From: an uncultured Thermoleophilia bacterium
GTDB lineage: Bacteria; Actinomycetota; Thermoleophilia; UBA2241
Assembly: GCA_963831295.1 (NCBI GenBank)
Contig: CAWHPR010000002.1
Location: 319,964-383,963 of the forward strand
DNA: 64,000 nt
Direction of reading: 5' to 3'
The notes under the pieces were generated by a model. That model did not search any database. It saw only the letters and a program-made list of their open reading frames with translations, and was not told the origin of the DNA. Shown in pieces: positions 48,558 through 58,627 of the stretch; position 1 is the first letter of the stretch, and each line of letters begins with the position of its first letter. The position numbers and the translations under genes were made by a program.

Positions 48558-50185
48558 CGTGGGGCGTCGACGACCTGACGGTACGCTACGGCTCGCGGAC
48601 GGCCCTCGACGCCGTCAGCGTCGAGGCACACCCGGGCGCGGTGACGGTCGTCGTCGGCGGCGACGGCGCCGGCAAGACGACGCTGCTGCGCGCGATGGCC
48701 GGCCTCGTTCACCCGCACGGCGGGACCGTGAGCCGGCCGCCGCTCCGCGAGATCGGCTTCATCTCCGGCACCGCCGGCCTGTACGGCGACCTCACGGTCG
48801 ACGAGAACATCGCCTTCGCCGCCGGCGCCTACGGCCTGACTGGCGACGAACGCGAGCACCGAGCCGCACGACTGCTCGAACAGATCGGGATCCGCCACGC
48901 GCGCGATCGGCTGGCCGGGCGACTCTCCGGTGGCATGCGCCAGAAGCTGGCCTTCGCCCTGGCGATGCTGCACCAGCCCAAGCTGCTGATCCTCGACGAG
49001 CCGACGACCGGCGTGGACCCGGTCAGCCGCAGCGAGTTGTGGAGACTGATCGCCGGCGCGGCCGCGGGAGGCGCGGCCGTGCTGGTCACGACGACGTATC
49101 TCGACGAAGCCGAGCGCGCCGCACAGGTCCTCGTGCTGGACGACGGCCGCGCCGTCGCCGCCGGACCGCCGGAGGCGGTCGCCGCGGCGCTCCCGCGGCC
49201 GCTCGCGCCCGCCGCGACCCAAGGGGACGGACGACCGGGGGCGCGCGACGGATCGACCACGGAGGCCAGCGCGACCGGCGCCGCGCCTCTGGCCGAAGCA
49301 CGTGCGGTCACGCGCCGTTTCGGCGCCGTCGGCGCCGTCGACGGCGCCGACCTCGCCGTGCGAGGCGGCGAGGTCGTCGGACTCCTCGGTGCGAACGGAG
49401 CCGGCAAGACGACCGTGATCCGCATGCTGCTCGGTCTGCTACCGCCCTCCGAAGGCGAGGCGCTGCTCTTCGGGGCGCCGCCGTCGCGAGCGTCGCGGCG
49501 GCGGATCGGGTACGTACCGCAGGGTCTCGGCCTGTGGGAGGACCTGAGCGTCGCCGAGAACCTGACCTTCGCGGCGGCGGCCTTCGGCTCATCCCCGCCG
49601 CCGCTCGACGCCGAGCTCGCGGCGGCGCGGGACGATCTCGTGCGCGACCTGCCACTCGGCCTCCGGCGCCGACTCGCCTTCGCGTCCGCTCTGGCCCACT
49701 CGCCGGAACTGCTCATCCTCGACGAGCCCACCTCGGGCGTCGACCCGCAGGCTCGCGCCCGTCTCTGGGACACCATCCACGAGGCCGCGGCTCGCGGCGC
49801 GGGCGTCCTCGTCACGACGCACTATCTCGAGGAGACGTCCCAATGCGACCGACTCGTGATCATGGCCGCCGGCCGTGTCGTCGCCGAAGGCGCCGAGTCG
49901 GTCATCGTCGGCGCTCGCCAAGCCGTCGAGGTGGGACTCCGAGGCGGGGCGGGCGCCGATTGGGCGACCGTCTTCGGCGTCCTCACGGACGCCGGCCTGC
50001 CGGTCGCCCTGCATGGGCGCACGCTGCGCGTGGCCGGCCGCGACGAGGCGTCCGTGCGCGCCGCGCTCGAGGCGCGTCTCGTCGCCGCCGACCTGCGCCT
50101 CGTCCCCGCGACCCTCGAGGAGACCTTCGTGGAGCTGGCGCTCGCCACGGATCAGACGGCCCTCGATCCTGCCGACACACGCTGA
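48554..50185 (+). CDS. ABC exporter ATP-binding protein with two ABC domains
   Basis: GGDGAGKTT, LSGGMRQK, LDEPTTGVD; then GANGAGKTT, LPLGLRRR, LDEPTSGVD. ATGA overlap with the permease. Confidence 0.92.
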   Translation: MTWGVDDLTVRYGSRTALDAVSVEAHPGAVTVVVGGDGAGKTTLLRAMAGLVHPHGGTVSRPPLREIGFISGTAGLYGDLTVDENIAFAAGAYGLTGDEREHRAARLLEQIGIRHARDRLAGRLSGGMRQKLAFALAMLHQPKLLILDEPTTGVDPVSRSELWRLIAGAAAGGAAVLVTTTYLDEAERAAQVLVLDDGRAVAAGPPEAVAAALPRPLAPAATQGDGRPGARDGSTTEASATGAAPLAEARAVTRRFGAVGAVDGADLAVRGGEVVGLLGANGAGKTTVIRMLLGLLPPSEGEALLFGAPPSRASRRRIGYVPQGLGLWEDLSVAENLTFAAAAFGSSPPPLDAELAAARDDLVRDLPLGLRRRLAFASALAHSPELLILDEPTSGVDPQARARLWDTIHEAAARGAGVLVTTHYLEETSQCDRLVIMAAGRVVAEGAESVIVGARQAVEVGLRGGAGADWATVFGVLTDAGLPVALHGRTLRVAGRDEASVRAALEARLVAADLRLVPATLEETFVELALATDQTALDPADTR

Positions 50186-50357
50186 AGGGACCCCTGTTGA
50201 CCGACCTCTCCCCCGCCATCGCCGTCCCGGCCATCCCCCTCCTCTCCATGGGCCGCGTGCACGAAGGGCACAAGGACATGAACCGGTCTCAGCGGGCGGA
50301 CGCGGAAGCCGCCGCGGCAGCGGCCAGGGGCAAGTGAGCGGCGAGGGCGGAGAAGCG

Positions 50358-50996
50358 GTGGGCAAGCGCACCTGTGCGGGCGGTCGCGGCGCGCGCGCGA
50401 CCGGAAGGCGACCGGGCGAGAGCGGCACGCGCGAGGCGATACTCGCGGCGGCCCGCGCCGCCTTCGCCGCGGTCGGCTACGACCGCGCGACCATCCGCGG
50501 CATCGCCGCCGCCGCCGAGGTCGACCCCGCCCTCGTCCTGCACTACTTCGACTCCAAGGAGGGCCTCTTCGGCGCCGCCCTCGAGCTACCCGTCCGGCCG
50601 AGCGAGGTCTTCGCCCGCGGCACGGCGGCGGGCCCCGATCAGCTCGGCGGCACCATCGTGCGCGTCTTCCTCGAAGCCTGGGAGCCACCCGAGACCCGCG
50701 TGCGCCTCATGGTCATGCTGCGTTCGGCCATGACCAACGACACGGCGATGGCGATGGTCCGCGACCTGCTCGTGCGCGAGGTCTTCGGGCCGATCACACA
50801 GGCGCTCGGCGTGCCCGACGCACAGCTGCGCGCGACGCTCGTCGGCTCGCAGTTCGTCGGCCTCGCGATCATGCGCTTCATCGGCCGCCTCGAGCCGCTC
50901 GCCTCGGCCTCGATCGACGAGCTCGTCGCCGCCGTGGGGCCGACGGTGCAGCGGTACCTCACGGGCGAGATCGGGCCCGCCGACTCGGCGACGTGA
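50358..50996 (+). CDS. TetR-family transcriptional regulator
   Basis: TREAILAAARAAF...GYDRATIRGIAAAAEVDPALVLHYFDSKEGLF. Confidence 0.93.
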   Translation: MGKRTCAGGRGARATGRRPGESGTREAILAAARAAFAAVGYDRATIRGIAAAAEVDPALVLHYFDSKEGLFGAALELPVRPSEVFARGTAAGPDQLGGTIVRVFLEAWEPPETRVRLMVMLRSAMTNDTAMAMVRDLLVREVFGPITQALGVPDAQLRATLVGSQFVGLAIMRFIGRLEPLASASIDELVAAVGPTVQRYLTGEIGPADSAT

Positions 50997-51012
50997 GGGC
51001 TCCGGCCGCCGC

Positions 51013-52155
51013 CTAGAGGAACCGCGCCCGCAGCGCCGTGGCCGCGACCAGCAGTTCGTCGGCGCCGGGCTGCGCGTAGCCGGCGAACTCGCCTTCGAGA
51101 CGGGCCACGCGAATCGGGTCGTCGAGGTCGGAGAGCTCGCGGAAGAGGCCGAGACGGGCGCCGATCGCGAAGCGCGCCTGCTGCTCCCGCGGAAGCGCAA
51201 GGTAGTCGCCGAGCATGTCGAGCAGGCGCCGGCGGTCGGCGGGCAGCGACCCTTCGAGGCCGGGGAGCAGGTTGAGCGCGTGGTCGGAGCGCAGTTCGAG
51301 CCGAGCTTCTCCGATCTGTTCGAGGAGGTCGCGCAGCTCGCCGGCGACCTCGACGTCGTCCGGCAGTACGAACTCACCTGCGGCCTCGCGCTCGGCAAGT
51401 GGCGTGCCGGGCACGACCGCGGCGGTGCGCAGCCGCACGACGAGCGGGCGCTCGGGCGGCGCGGCGGCGGCGACCGCGCGGATCACGCGGGCGGAGCCCG
51501 CGACGTGCGCGGCCGCCGCCGCGCGCCCGCCGAGACCCGGCATCAGATAGAAGCAGAGCTCGAGGCCGGCCTGCACGACGTTCGTGCCGGCCGCGATCAG
51601 GTCGCCTGCCGTGCAACCCTTGTCGATCGCCATGAGCACCTCGTCGGCGCCCGACTCGAGACCGAGGTGCACGCGCGTCAGCCCGGCATCGCGGAGCAGC
51701 CCGAGCTGCTCGGCGGTGCGGCGCGACAGCGTGGCCGCGCGCCCGTAGGTGGTCACCCGCTCGACCGTCGGGAAGCGCTCTCTGATGCGCCCGATGACCG
51801 CCGCGAGTTTCTCGGGCTTCACCGCGAGAGGGTCCGCATCCTGCAAGAAGACGTGACGCTCGCCGCCGTGCACGAAGAGCATGACCTGGAGGGCCTCGCG
51901 CGGGAGGCGGCCGCCGCGGAGCGCGCCCTGGCCCTCGGCGCGCAGCACGGCGGCCGCCGCGGCCATCGCGTCGACCTCGGCGAGCACGCCCTCGAGCGGC
52001 CGCTGCGACGACTTCGTCCCCTTGTAGACGGGGCAGAAGCTGCAGCGGTTCCAGGTGCAGTTACGGATCACTCGCACGAGCAGGCTGTAGGCCTCACTCG
52101 GCGGACGGATCGGGCCCTGCTCGAAGGAGGGGACGATGGGAGGTGCGGCGCTCAT
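51013..52155 (-). CDS. Radical SAM protein of unknown function
   Basis: GPIRPPSEAYSLL, CTWNRCSFC (CxxxCxxC), VFLQDAD, GLESG. Confidence 0.9.
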   Translation of the reverse strand: MSAAPPIVPSFEQGPIRPPSEAYSLLVRVIRNCTWNRCSFCPVYKGTKSSQRPLEGVLAEVDAMAAAAAVLRAEGQGALRGGRLPREALQVMLFVHGGERHVFLQDADPLAVKPEKLAAVIGRIRERFPTVERVTTYGRAATLSRRTAEQLGLLRDAGLTRVHLGLESGADEVLMAIDKGCTAGDLIAAGTNVVQAGLELCFYLMPGLGGRAAAAAHVAGSARVIRAVAAAAPPERPLVVRLRTAAVVPGTPLAEREAAGEFVLPDDVEVAGELRDLLEQIGEARLELRSDHALNLLPGLEGSLPADRRRLLDMLGDYLALPREQQARFAIGARLGLFRELSDLDDPIRVARLEGEFAGYAQPGADELLVAATALRARFL

Positions 52156-52222
52156 GCGGCCATGATACCCGCGCCGCGCCGCCGACGGTGTCAGCGTCGC
52201 GGCGGGCACCCTCGTCGATCGC

Positions 52223-55015
52223 TCAGCCGCCCGCCCTGACGCCGCCGAGGTCCTCGGTCTCCCGCGACCGCCGTCGGCTGCGGTTCGTGAGGTACTTCTC
52301 GAACTCGACGATGAACAGGGTCGCGACGCCGGCGATCAGGATGTAGCTCCAGTGCTCGAGCGTGAGCGGCGCGCTCCGGAACGCGACCTGCATGAAGGGC
52401 GCGTAGGTGTACATGAGCTGCAGGGCGATGGTGATGCCGACGCCGCCCAGCACCCAGCGGTTCGAGAGCGGGTGGATGCGGAAGACGGAGCGCGTCAGCG
52501 AGCGACAGTTGAAGAGGTAGAAGAGCTCGACCGTGACGAAGACGTTGACCGCGATGGTGCGCGCGACCGCTACGCTCTCGCCGGCCATCTCGGCCCACTC
52601 GAACAGACCGAAGGCCGCGCCCAGCAACAGCGCGCCGACCAGTGTGATCCGCCCGACAAGGGCGCGAGAGAGGATCGGCGCCCCAGGTCGCCTCGGCGGG
52701 CGCGCCATGATGCCGTGCTCCTTCGGCTCGAACGCGAGCATGAGACCGAGCAGCACCGCCGTCGTCATGTTGATCCACAGGATCTGCACGGGCAGGATCG
52801 GCAGCGCCGTGCCGAGGGCGATCGCGGCCAGGATGACGAGGCCCTCCCCCAGGTTCGTCGGCAGCGTCCAGACAATGAACTTGGTCAGGTTGTCGAAGAC
52901 GCCGCGACCTTCTTCGACGGCGGCCTCGATCGAGGCGAAGTTGTCGTCGGTGAGGACCATGTCCGCTGCGTCCTTGGCGACGTCGGTGCCGGCGATACCC
53001 ATCGCGACGCCGACATCTGCCTGCTTGAGAGCGGGGGCGTCGTTCACGCCGTCCCCGGTCATCGCGACCACGTTCCCGCGCGCCTGCAGCGCCTCGACCA
53101 GCCTCAGCTTCTGCTCGGGCGTGACGCGCGCGAACACGTCGGTCGCCGTCGCCATCTCGATGAAGTCGCGGTCGCGGAGGGCGGCCATCTCGGCGCCGGT
53201 CATGGCCGCCGCCCGGCCTTCGGCGTCGCGCAAGGCGCCGTCGAGCAACCCCATCTGGCGGGCGATCGCCGCCGCCGTGATGCCGTGGTCACCGGTGATC
53301 ATCTTGACGCTGACGCCGGCGCGCCGGCAGGCGGCGACGGCGTCGATCGCCTCACGGCGCGGCGGATCGATCATCGCCTGGAGCCCGAGGAAGGTGATCC
53401 CCTCCACCTCGTCGTGACTGATGTCGTCGTCGCCTTCGCGGCCGTCGCCGCGCGCGAAGGCGAGTACCCGCAGACCCTCGGCCGCGAGCTCCTCGACCTG
53501 CTCGTGCACGAGGTCATTGTCGAGCGGGACCTCCTCCCCGTCGTCGGTCAGCATCGTGCTGCAGCGGCCGAGCATCACTTCGGCGGCGCCCTTGGCGTAG
53601 ATCAGGCGCCGCCCGCCGCCGGCGTCGTGCAGCGTGGCCATGTACTGGTGCTCCGACTCGAACGGGATCGCGTCGATGCGCGGCAGCTCGGAGGTGATGC
53701 CTTCGACCCGAAGGCCGGCCTTCAGCGCCGAGGCGACGAGCGCACCCTCGGTGGGGTCGCCCTGCACGAGCCAGCGGCCATCCTCCTCGAAGACGCGGCT
53801 GTCGTTGCAGAGCAGGCCGGCACGCAGCACCTCGAATGCCGCACCGTCCTGCGCGCGGAGGGCTCTGCCGGGCTCGTCTCCGCCGTCGCCGTCGCTCCCA
53901 CCACCGGACACGAGGGCGACCTCCCCTTCGGGCGCGTAACCCGTGCCTCCGAAGGCGTACTGCCGGCCGGCAGCGACCATGCGCTGCACCGTCATCTGGT
54001 TCTCGGTGAGCGTGCCGGTCTTGTCCGAGCAGATCACGGTCGTGCTGCCGAGCGTCTCGACCGCAGGCAGCCGGCGGATGATCGCGCGGCGACGAGCCAT
54101 GCGGTTGACGCCGATCGCCAGCGTGATGGTGACGGCGGCCGGGAGGCCCTCGGGGATGGCGCCGACGGCGAGTGCCACCACCGCCTTGAACATGTCGGCG
54201 GCGGTCTCGCCGCGCAGCATGCCGATGGCGAAGGTGACGGCCCCGAGCGCAAGGATCACGATGAGCAGGAGCCGGCTGAACGCCGCGATCTTCTTCGTCA
54301 GCGGCGTCTCCAGCTGGTCGGCCTCGGCGATCAACCGGGAGATGCGGCCGACCTCGGTGCAGTCGCCGGTGGCGACGGTGAGGCCGGCGCCGGTGCCGTA
54401 CGTGACGAGCGACGAGGCGTAGGCCACGTCGGTGCGATCGGCCAGAGCGGTATCGCGCTCGCGCTCGACCGTGTCCTTCTCGACCGCGACCGACTCCCCG
54501 GTCAGCGCCGACTCGTCGATCCGCAGGTCGCGCGAGCGCAGCAACCTCAAGTCGGAGGGCACCTTGTCGCCCGCCTGCAACAGCACGAGGTCGCCGGGCA
54601 CGATCTCGGTCGCCGGGATGTCGACGGTCTCGCCCTCCCGTACGACCCTCGCCCGCGTCGTCATCGCCTTGCTCAGGGCCTCGATCGCCGAGACCGCCTT
54701 CGCCTCCTGCACGTAGCCGATGAGGGCATTGACGATCACGACGCCGAAGATGACTCCCGAGTCGACATAGTCGCCCAGCAGCAGCGTGACGACGCCGGCC
54801 ACGTTCAGGATGTAGATCAGGGGGTTGTGGAACTGCAGCAGGAACCGCAGCCACGGACCCTTGCCCTTCGCCGGCGTCAGGGCGTTGGGCCCGAACTGCT
54901 CGAGGCGATGCTTGACCGTGAATTGACCGAGGCCCTCCGTCGCATCGGCTTCGAGCAGGTCGACGACCTCGTCGGCCGGCAGGGCGTGCCAATGCTGATC
55001 GTTCAGTAGCTGCAC
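52223..55015 (-). CDS. Type II (Ca2+-like) cation-transporting P-type ATPase
   Basis: LTGES, IPEGL, DKTGTLT, KGAAE, MITGDH, TGDGVND, QILWINM. Confidence 0.96.
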   Translation of the reverse strand: MQLLNDQHWHALPADEVVDLLEADATEGLGQFTVKHRLEQFGPNALTPAKGKGPWLRFLLQFHNPLIYILNVAGVVTLLLGDYVDSGVIFGVVIVNALIGYVQEAKAVSAIEALSKAMTTRARVVREGETVDIPATEIVPGDLVLLQAGDKVPSDLRLLRSRDLRIDESALTGESVAVEKDTVERERDTALADRTDVAYASSLVTYGTGAGLTVATGDCTEVGRISRLIAEADQLETPLTKKIAAFSRLLLIVILALGAVTFAIGMLRGETAADMFKAVVALAVGAIPEGLPAAVTITLAIGVNRMARRRAIIRRLPAVETLGSTTVICSDKTGTLTENQMTVQRMVAAGRQYAFGGTGYAPEGEVALVSGGGSDGDGGDEPGRALRAQDGAAFEVLRAGLLCNDSRVFEEDGRWLVQGDPTEGALVASALKAGLRVEGITSELPRIDAIPFESEHQYMATLHDAGGGRRLIYAKGAAEVMLGRCSTMLTDDGEEVPLDNDLVHEQVEELAAEGLRVLAFARGDGREGDDDISHDEVEGITFLGLQAMIDPPRREAIDAVAACRRAGVSVKMITGDHGITAAAIARQMGLLDGALRDAEGRAAAMTGAEMAALRDRDFIEMATATDVFARVTPEQKLRLVEALQARGNVVAMTGDGVNDAPALKQADVGVAMGIAGTDVAKDAADMVLTDDNFASIEAAVEEGRGVFDNLTKFIVWTLPTNLGEGLVILAAIALGTALPILPVQILWINMTTAVLLGLMLAFEPKEHGIMARPPRRPGAPILSRALVGRITLVGALLLGAAFGLFEWAEMAGESVAVARTIAVNVFVTVELFYLFNCRSLTRSVFRIHPLSNRWVLGGVGITIALQLMYTYAPFMQVAFRSAPLTLEHWSYILIAGVATLFIVEFEKYLTNRSRRRSRETEDLGGVRAGG

Positions 55016-55041
55016 CCGAACCTCCTGTCACTCACCCGGAC

Positions 55042-55150
55042 GAAGGCGGCATCGCCTCGGCGATGCCGCCTTCCGGGTTCATTCCCACCGCGCGAGAGGC
55101 GCAAGCCCGACGGAGAGGAGGGGCGGCGGCCTCCCCGGCCGCCGCCCCTC
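55042..55150. terminator. Two perfect hairpins between the peroxiredoxin and P-type ATPase genes
   Basis: 15-bp stem 55042-55073 (GAAGGCGGCATCGCC) and 14-bp stem 55118-55150 (GAGGGGCGGCGGCC). Confidence 0.6.
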
Positions 55151-55185
55151 GCGGACGTTCTCCCTCCGCAGCCCCGCGCGTCAGG

Positions 55186-55866
55186 TCACGGCTTCTTCAG
55201 GCACAGGAACCAGTCGACACAGCGGCCGCCGTCCTTGCCGGCCATGCGATCGACCGCGGCGTCGGCCGTCACCGGCGGCGGGATGATCGCCTCGTCGCCC
55301 GGGCGCCAGTTGGCCGGCGTGGCGAGACCGTGCTCCTCGGTGAACTGCAGGGCCTGGATCAGGCGCTTGATCTCGTCCATGTTGCGTCCGTTGCTCAGCG
55401 GATAGTAGATGACCGCGCGGATCTTACCCTTGGGGTCGATCACGAAGACGGCTCGCACCGCCTGCGTCGTGCTCGCCGCGGGCTGGAGCATCCCGTACTT
55501 CTTGGCCACGTTCATCGTGAGGTCTTCGATGACGGGAAAGTCGACGTGCACGCCCTTCTGCCCGCCCAGCTCGATCTTCTCCTCGATGGTGCGCAGCCAC
55601 GCGATGTGCGCGAAGATGCTGTCGATCGAGAGGCCGATGAGCTCGGTGTTCATGGTCCGCAGCTCGTCCTGGATCGCGGCGAACCCCATGAACTCCGTCG
55701 TGCACACCGGGGTGAAATCGGCCGGATGGCTGAAGAGGATGACCCACTTCCCCTTGTAGTCCTTGGGGAATGAGATGGGCCCCTTCGTGGTCTTGGCCTC
55801 GAACGCGGGCGCGTCGTCGCCGATGAGCGGCATGCGCGCCTCAGCCTGGATCTCGATCTCCTGCAT
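55186..55866 (-). CDS. Peroxiredoxin (Prx6/TDXH-type)
   Basis: FSHPADFTPVCTTE, LSIDS, GRNMDE, TPANW, C-terminal CVDWFLC. Confidence 0.95.
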   Translation of the reverse strand: MQEIEIQAEARMPLIGDDAPAFEAKTTKGPISFPKDYKGKWVILFSHPADFTPVCTTEFMGFAAIQDELRTMNTELIGLSIDSIFAHIAWLRTIEEKIELGGQKGVHVDFPVIEDLTMNVAKKYGMLQPAASTTQAVRAVFVIDPKGKIRAVIYYPLSNGRNMDEIKRLIQALQFTEEHGLATPANWRPGDEAIIPPPVTADAAVDRMAGKDGGRCVDWFLCLKKP

Positions 55867-55876
55867 CGTGTCCCTC

Positions 55877-55918
55877 CTCGGGGTGTCCTTGCTCGGGGTG
55901 TCCTTGCTCGGGGTGTCC
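55877..55918. repeat. 15-bp tandem repeat, about 2.8 copies
   Basis: CTCGGGGTGTCCTTG twice plus CTCGGGGTGTCC, directly upstream of the peroxiredoxin RBS. Confidence 0.9.
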
Positions 55919-56454
55919 CCGCACTGCGTGTGGGCGGCCGACGGCGATGTGGTCGTGTCCGCGGCGGCTCATGGCCTACCCGGACCAGATGGAGGCGAAA
56001 CAGAAGCGGAATGATTCGAATCTGGCGTTGCGAATCACCCCGCCTGAACGATGCCGCGCATAACGATGCGGCCTATGCCGACTCACGGGCACCGGCCACG
56101 CGTGCTATCATGCAGGCCACTTCGGCGGCCGGCACCAGCGGACGGCCGCCGCGCCGGCGCGGGGGGGCCGCGTGAGTCGACGGGTCTGGGGTAGCGGCAT
56201 GACGGTCGCGCGGAACGCCGGAAGAGCGGCGGCGCGCGGTCGCGCGGCGCGCGGAGGCGAGGCTGTCCACCCAGCGGCGACCCTCCTCCCCCCTCCCCGG
56301 CCGCGACCCCCTCGGTCGTCACCCACGCCGACATCGGCCTGCCGGTCCCGACTTCGGGCACCGGCCGGTCGCGCTCGTCACTCATCAGGAGACAACGCGC
56401 ATCAGGATCTGTCGGAGAACGTGCGCGGACAGAAACCAGACGGAGGGATACACC

Positions 56455-57639
56455 ATGCGTGGACGGATGTTGAAGCTTTCGATGGCGGTCTTGACGGCCG
56501 CGCTGGCAGTCTCGCTCGCGGTGGCGCTTGCCGCCTGTGGCGAGGATGAGATCGCCGGGGGCGGCGAGCCGATCAAGATCGGCGCGATCGTTTCCCTGAC
56601 GGGCACGTACGCCGGCCTCGGCGAGCCTGAGAAGAACGTGCTCGAGATGGAAGTGGCACGCATCAACGACGCCGGCGGCGTCAACGGCCGGCCGATCGAG
56701 GTCATCATCGAGGACGACGCCACCGACGAAGCCAAAGCGGTGGCCGCGGCGAGCAAGCTGATCGAGCAGGACGGCGTCGTCGCCCTCATCGGCGCGACGG
56801 GGACCGGCCAGACGATGGCGGCCCGCGGCGACGTCCAGCGGGCGGGCATCCCGCAGGTCTCCATGGCGGGCGGCACGGTCGTCACCAGCCCGGTCGACCC
56901 CCTCGTGTTCGCGACCCCCTGGTCGAACCTGATCGTCGTGCCCTTCACGCTCGACTACATCGCGGGCCAGGGCATCACGAAGATCGGCCTCATCAGCGAC
57001 AGCGGGGGCTTCGGCAAGGACGGCGCGGCCGTCATCGCCGCGATGGCGCCGGACGCAGGCGTCGAGATCGTCTCCGACCAGAGCTTCAACCCCGGCGACA
57101 CCGACATGAGCGCCCAGCTCACCAAGCTCAAGAACTCGGACGCCCAGGCGATCGTCATGTGGACGGCCGGCGCGGAGGCCGCCATCATCGCCAAGAACGC
57201 CATGGACCTCGGCGTCGACCTGCCCATCTTCGGCAGCCACGGCATCGCGCGGCGCGAGTTCATCGACGGCGGGGGCGCAGCGGCCGAGGGCGTCAGGTTC
57301 GCCGCCGGCAAGGTCCTCATCCCCGCGGCGTACGGCGAGGGCACCGAGGCCTACACCGTGGCGACGGACTTCATCGACCGCTACACGACGGCCTACGGCA
57401 CCGCCCCCAGCACGTTCGCGGGTCACGCCTACGACGCGCTGTATCTGATCGTCGAGGCGGCACGGCGCATCGACGGCGAAGTGACCGCCGACGCGCTGCT
57501 GAGCGAGATCGAGGCGACCTCAGGGTGGGTCGGCATCGGGGGCACCTTCACCTTCTCCCCCGAGGACCACAACGGGATGACGGTCGGCGACCTCACCATG
57601 TACGAGATCGTCGACGGCGACTGGACGCTGGTCCAGTAG
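56455..57639 (+). CDS. Branched-chain amino acid-type ABC substrate-binding lipoprotein (LivK-like)
   Basis: Lipobox LAAC, IKIGAIVSLTGTYAGLG, INDAGGVNGRPIE, DTDMSAQLTK. Confidence 0.92.
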   Translation: MRGRMLKLSMAVLTAALAVSLAVALAACGEDEIAGGGEPIKIGAIVSLTGTYAGLGEPEKNVLEMEVARINDAGGVNGRPIEVIIEDDATDEAKAVAAASKLIEQDGVVALIGATGTGQTMAARGDVQRAGIPQVSMAGGTVVTSPVDPLVFATPWSNLIVVPFTLDYIAGQGITKIGLISDSGGFGKDGAAVIAAMAPDAGVEIVSDQSFNPGDTDMSAQLTKLKNSDAQAIVMWTAGAEAAIIAKNAMDLGVDLPIFGSHGIARREFIDGGGAAAEGVRFAAGKVLIPAAYGEGTEAYTVATDFIDRYTTAYGTAPSTFAGHAYDALYLIVEAARRIDGEVTADALLSEIEATSGWVGIGGTFTFSPEDHNGMTVGDLTMYEIVDGDWTLVQ

Positions 57640-57656
57640 CACAGTACGACCATCGC

Positions 57657-57692
57657 CCGACCCCCGGGCCCGCAAGCGGGCCCGGGGGTCGG
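57657..57692 (+). terminator. Stem-loop after the substrate-binding gene (partial terminator or mRNA stabiliser)
   Basis: Perfect 17-bp stem CCGACCCCCGGGCCCGC-aa-GCGGGCCCGGGGGTCGG. Confidence 0.75.
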
Positions 57693-57754
57693 CGGACCGA
57701 CCGCACCACGATCGCATCGTGAACCGAGACTGACGAGAGCACGAGGCTGACGCC

Positions 57755-58627
57755 CTGGACGAACTGCTGCAATTCCTCATAGCGGGCCTCAAGAACGGCT
57801 CGATCTACGCGCTCGTGGCGCTCGGCTTCACGATCGTGTTCGCGGCGACCGGCGCCATCAACTTCGCGCAGGGCGAGTTCTTCATGCTCGGCGGCATGCT
57901 CGGCGTGTTCTTCGCGGGGCTCGGCTTGCCGCTCCCGATGGCGGCGGTGGCGGCGGTCGCCGCCACCGCCGCCATCGGCGCCGCCTTCGAACTGCTGGCC
58001 GTGCGTCCCATCAAGAGCGGCGACCCTCTGCGCATCATCATGGTGACCATCGGCGGCTCGGTCCTCCTGCGACAGCTGGCCCTGCACCTCTTCGGGCCCG
58101 ACGAGCTTCCTCTGGCGCCGTTCACCGAAGGAGCCTCGATCAGGGTGCTCGGCGCCGCGGTCGAGCGCCAGACGGTGTGGATCTGGGCGCTCACGGCCCT
58201 GGCGGTCGTCGCCCTCGCCCTCCTGTACCGCCGGACCACGTTCGGCCGCGCGATGCGCGCCACCTCGATCCAGCGCGACGCCGCGCGACTCGTGGGCGTC
58301 AACGCCAAGGCGATGGTGACGGCGTCGTTCGCGCTGGCGGCCGCCCTCGGCGCCGTCGGCGGCCTGGCCGTCGCACCGCTGACCCAGGCCTCGTTCCACG
58401 TCGGCGCGGGCATGGGCGTCAAAGGCTTCGCGGCCGCGATCCTCGGCGGGCTCGGCAACCCGGTCGCCGCCGTCGGCGGCGGCCTGATCCTCGGTCTCCT
58501 CGAGAGTCTCACGGCGGGCTACCTGGATCCGCTCTACAAGGACGCCGTCGCCCTCGTGGTGCTGCTCGTCGTGCTCTTCGTGCGGCCCCAGGGCCTGCTC
58601 GGCGGATCAGGGCGGGTGAAGGTGTGA
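57755..58627 (+). CDS. livH: Branched-chain amino acid ABC permease (LivH-like), probable CTG start
   Basis: GSIYALVALGFTIVF...INFAQGEF, KGFAAAILGGLG, LFVRPQGLLG. The conserved N-terminus extends upstream of the tracked GTG to CTG 57755. Confidence 0.88.
   Translation: MDELLQFLIAGLKNGSIYALVALGFTIVFAATGAINFAQGEFFMLGGMLGVFFAGLGLPLPMAAVAAVAATAAIGAAFELLAVRPIKSGDPLRIIMVTIGGSVLLRQLALHLFGPDELPLAPFTEGASIRVLGAAVERQTVWIWALTALAVVALALLYRRTTFGRAMRATSIQRDAARLVGVNAKAMVTASFALAAALGAVGGLAVAPLTQASFHVGAGMGVKGFAAAILGGLGNPVAAVGGGLILGLLESLTAGYLDPLYKDAVALVVLLVVLFVRPQGLLGGSGRVKV

Noticed and set aside
55016-55185. Mn-sensing yybP-ykoY riboswitch upstream of the P-type ATPase
   Set aside because: No GGGGAGTA motif. 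Two plain hairpins explain the region.
55930-56450. ORFs or an OxyR-type site upstream of the peroxiredoxin
   Set aside because: The ORFs are low-complexity Arg/Pro-rich, and the ATAA...CTAT spacing does not match the OxyR consensus.
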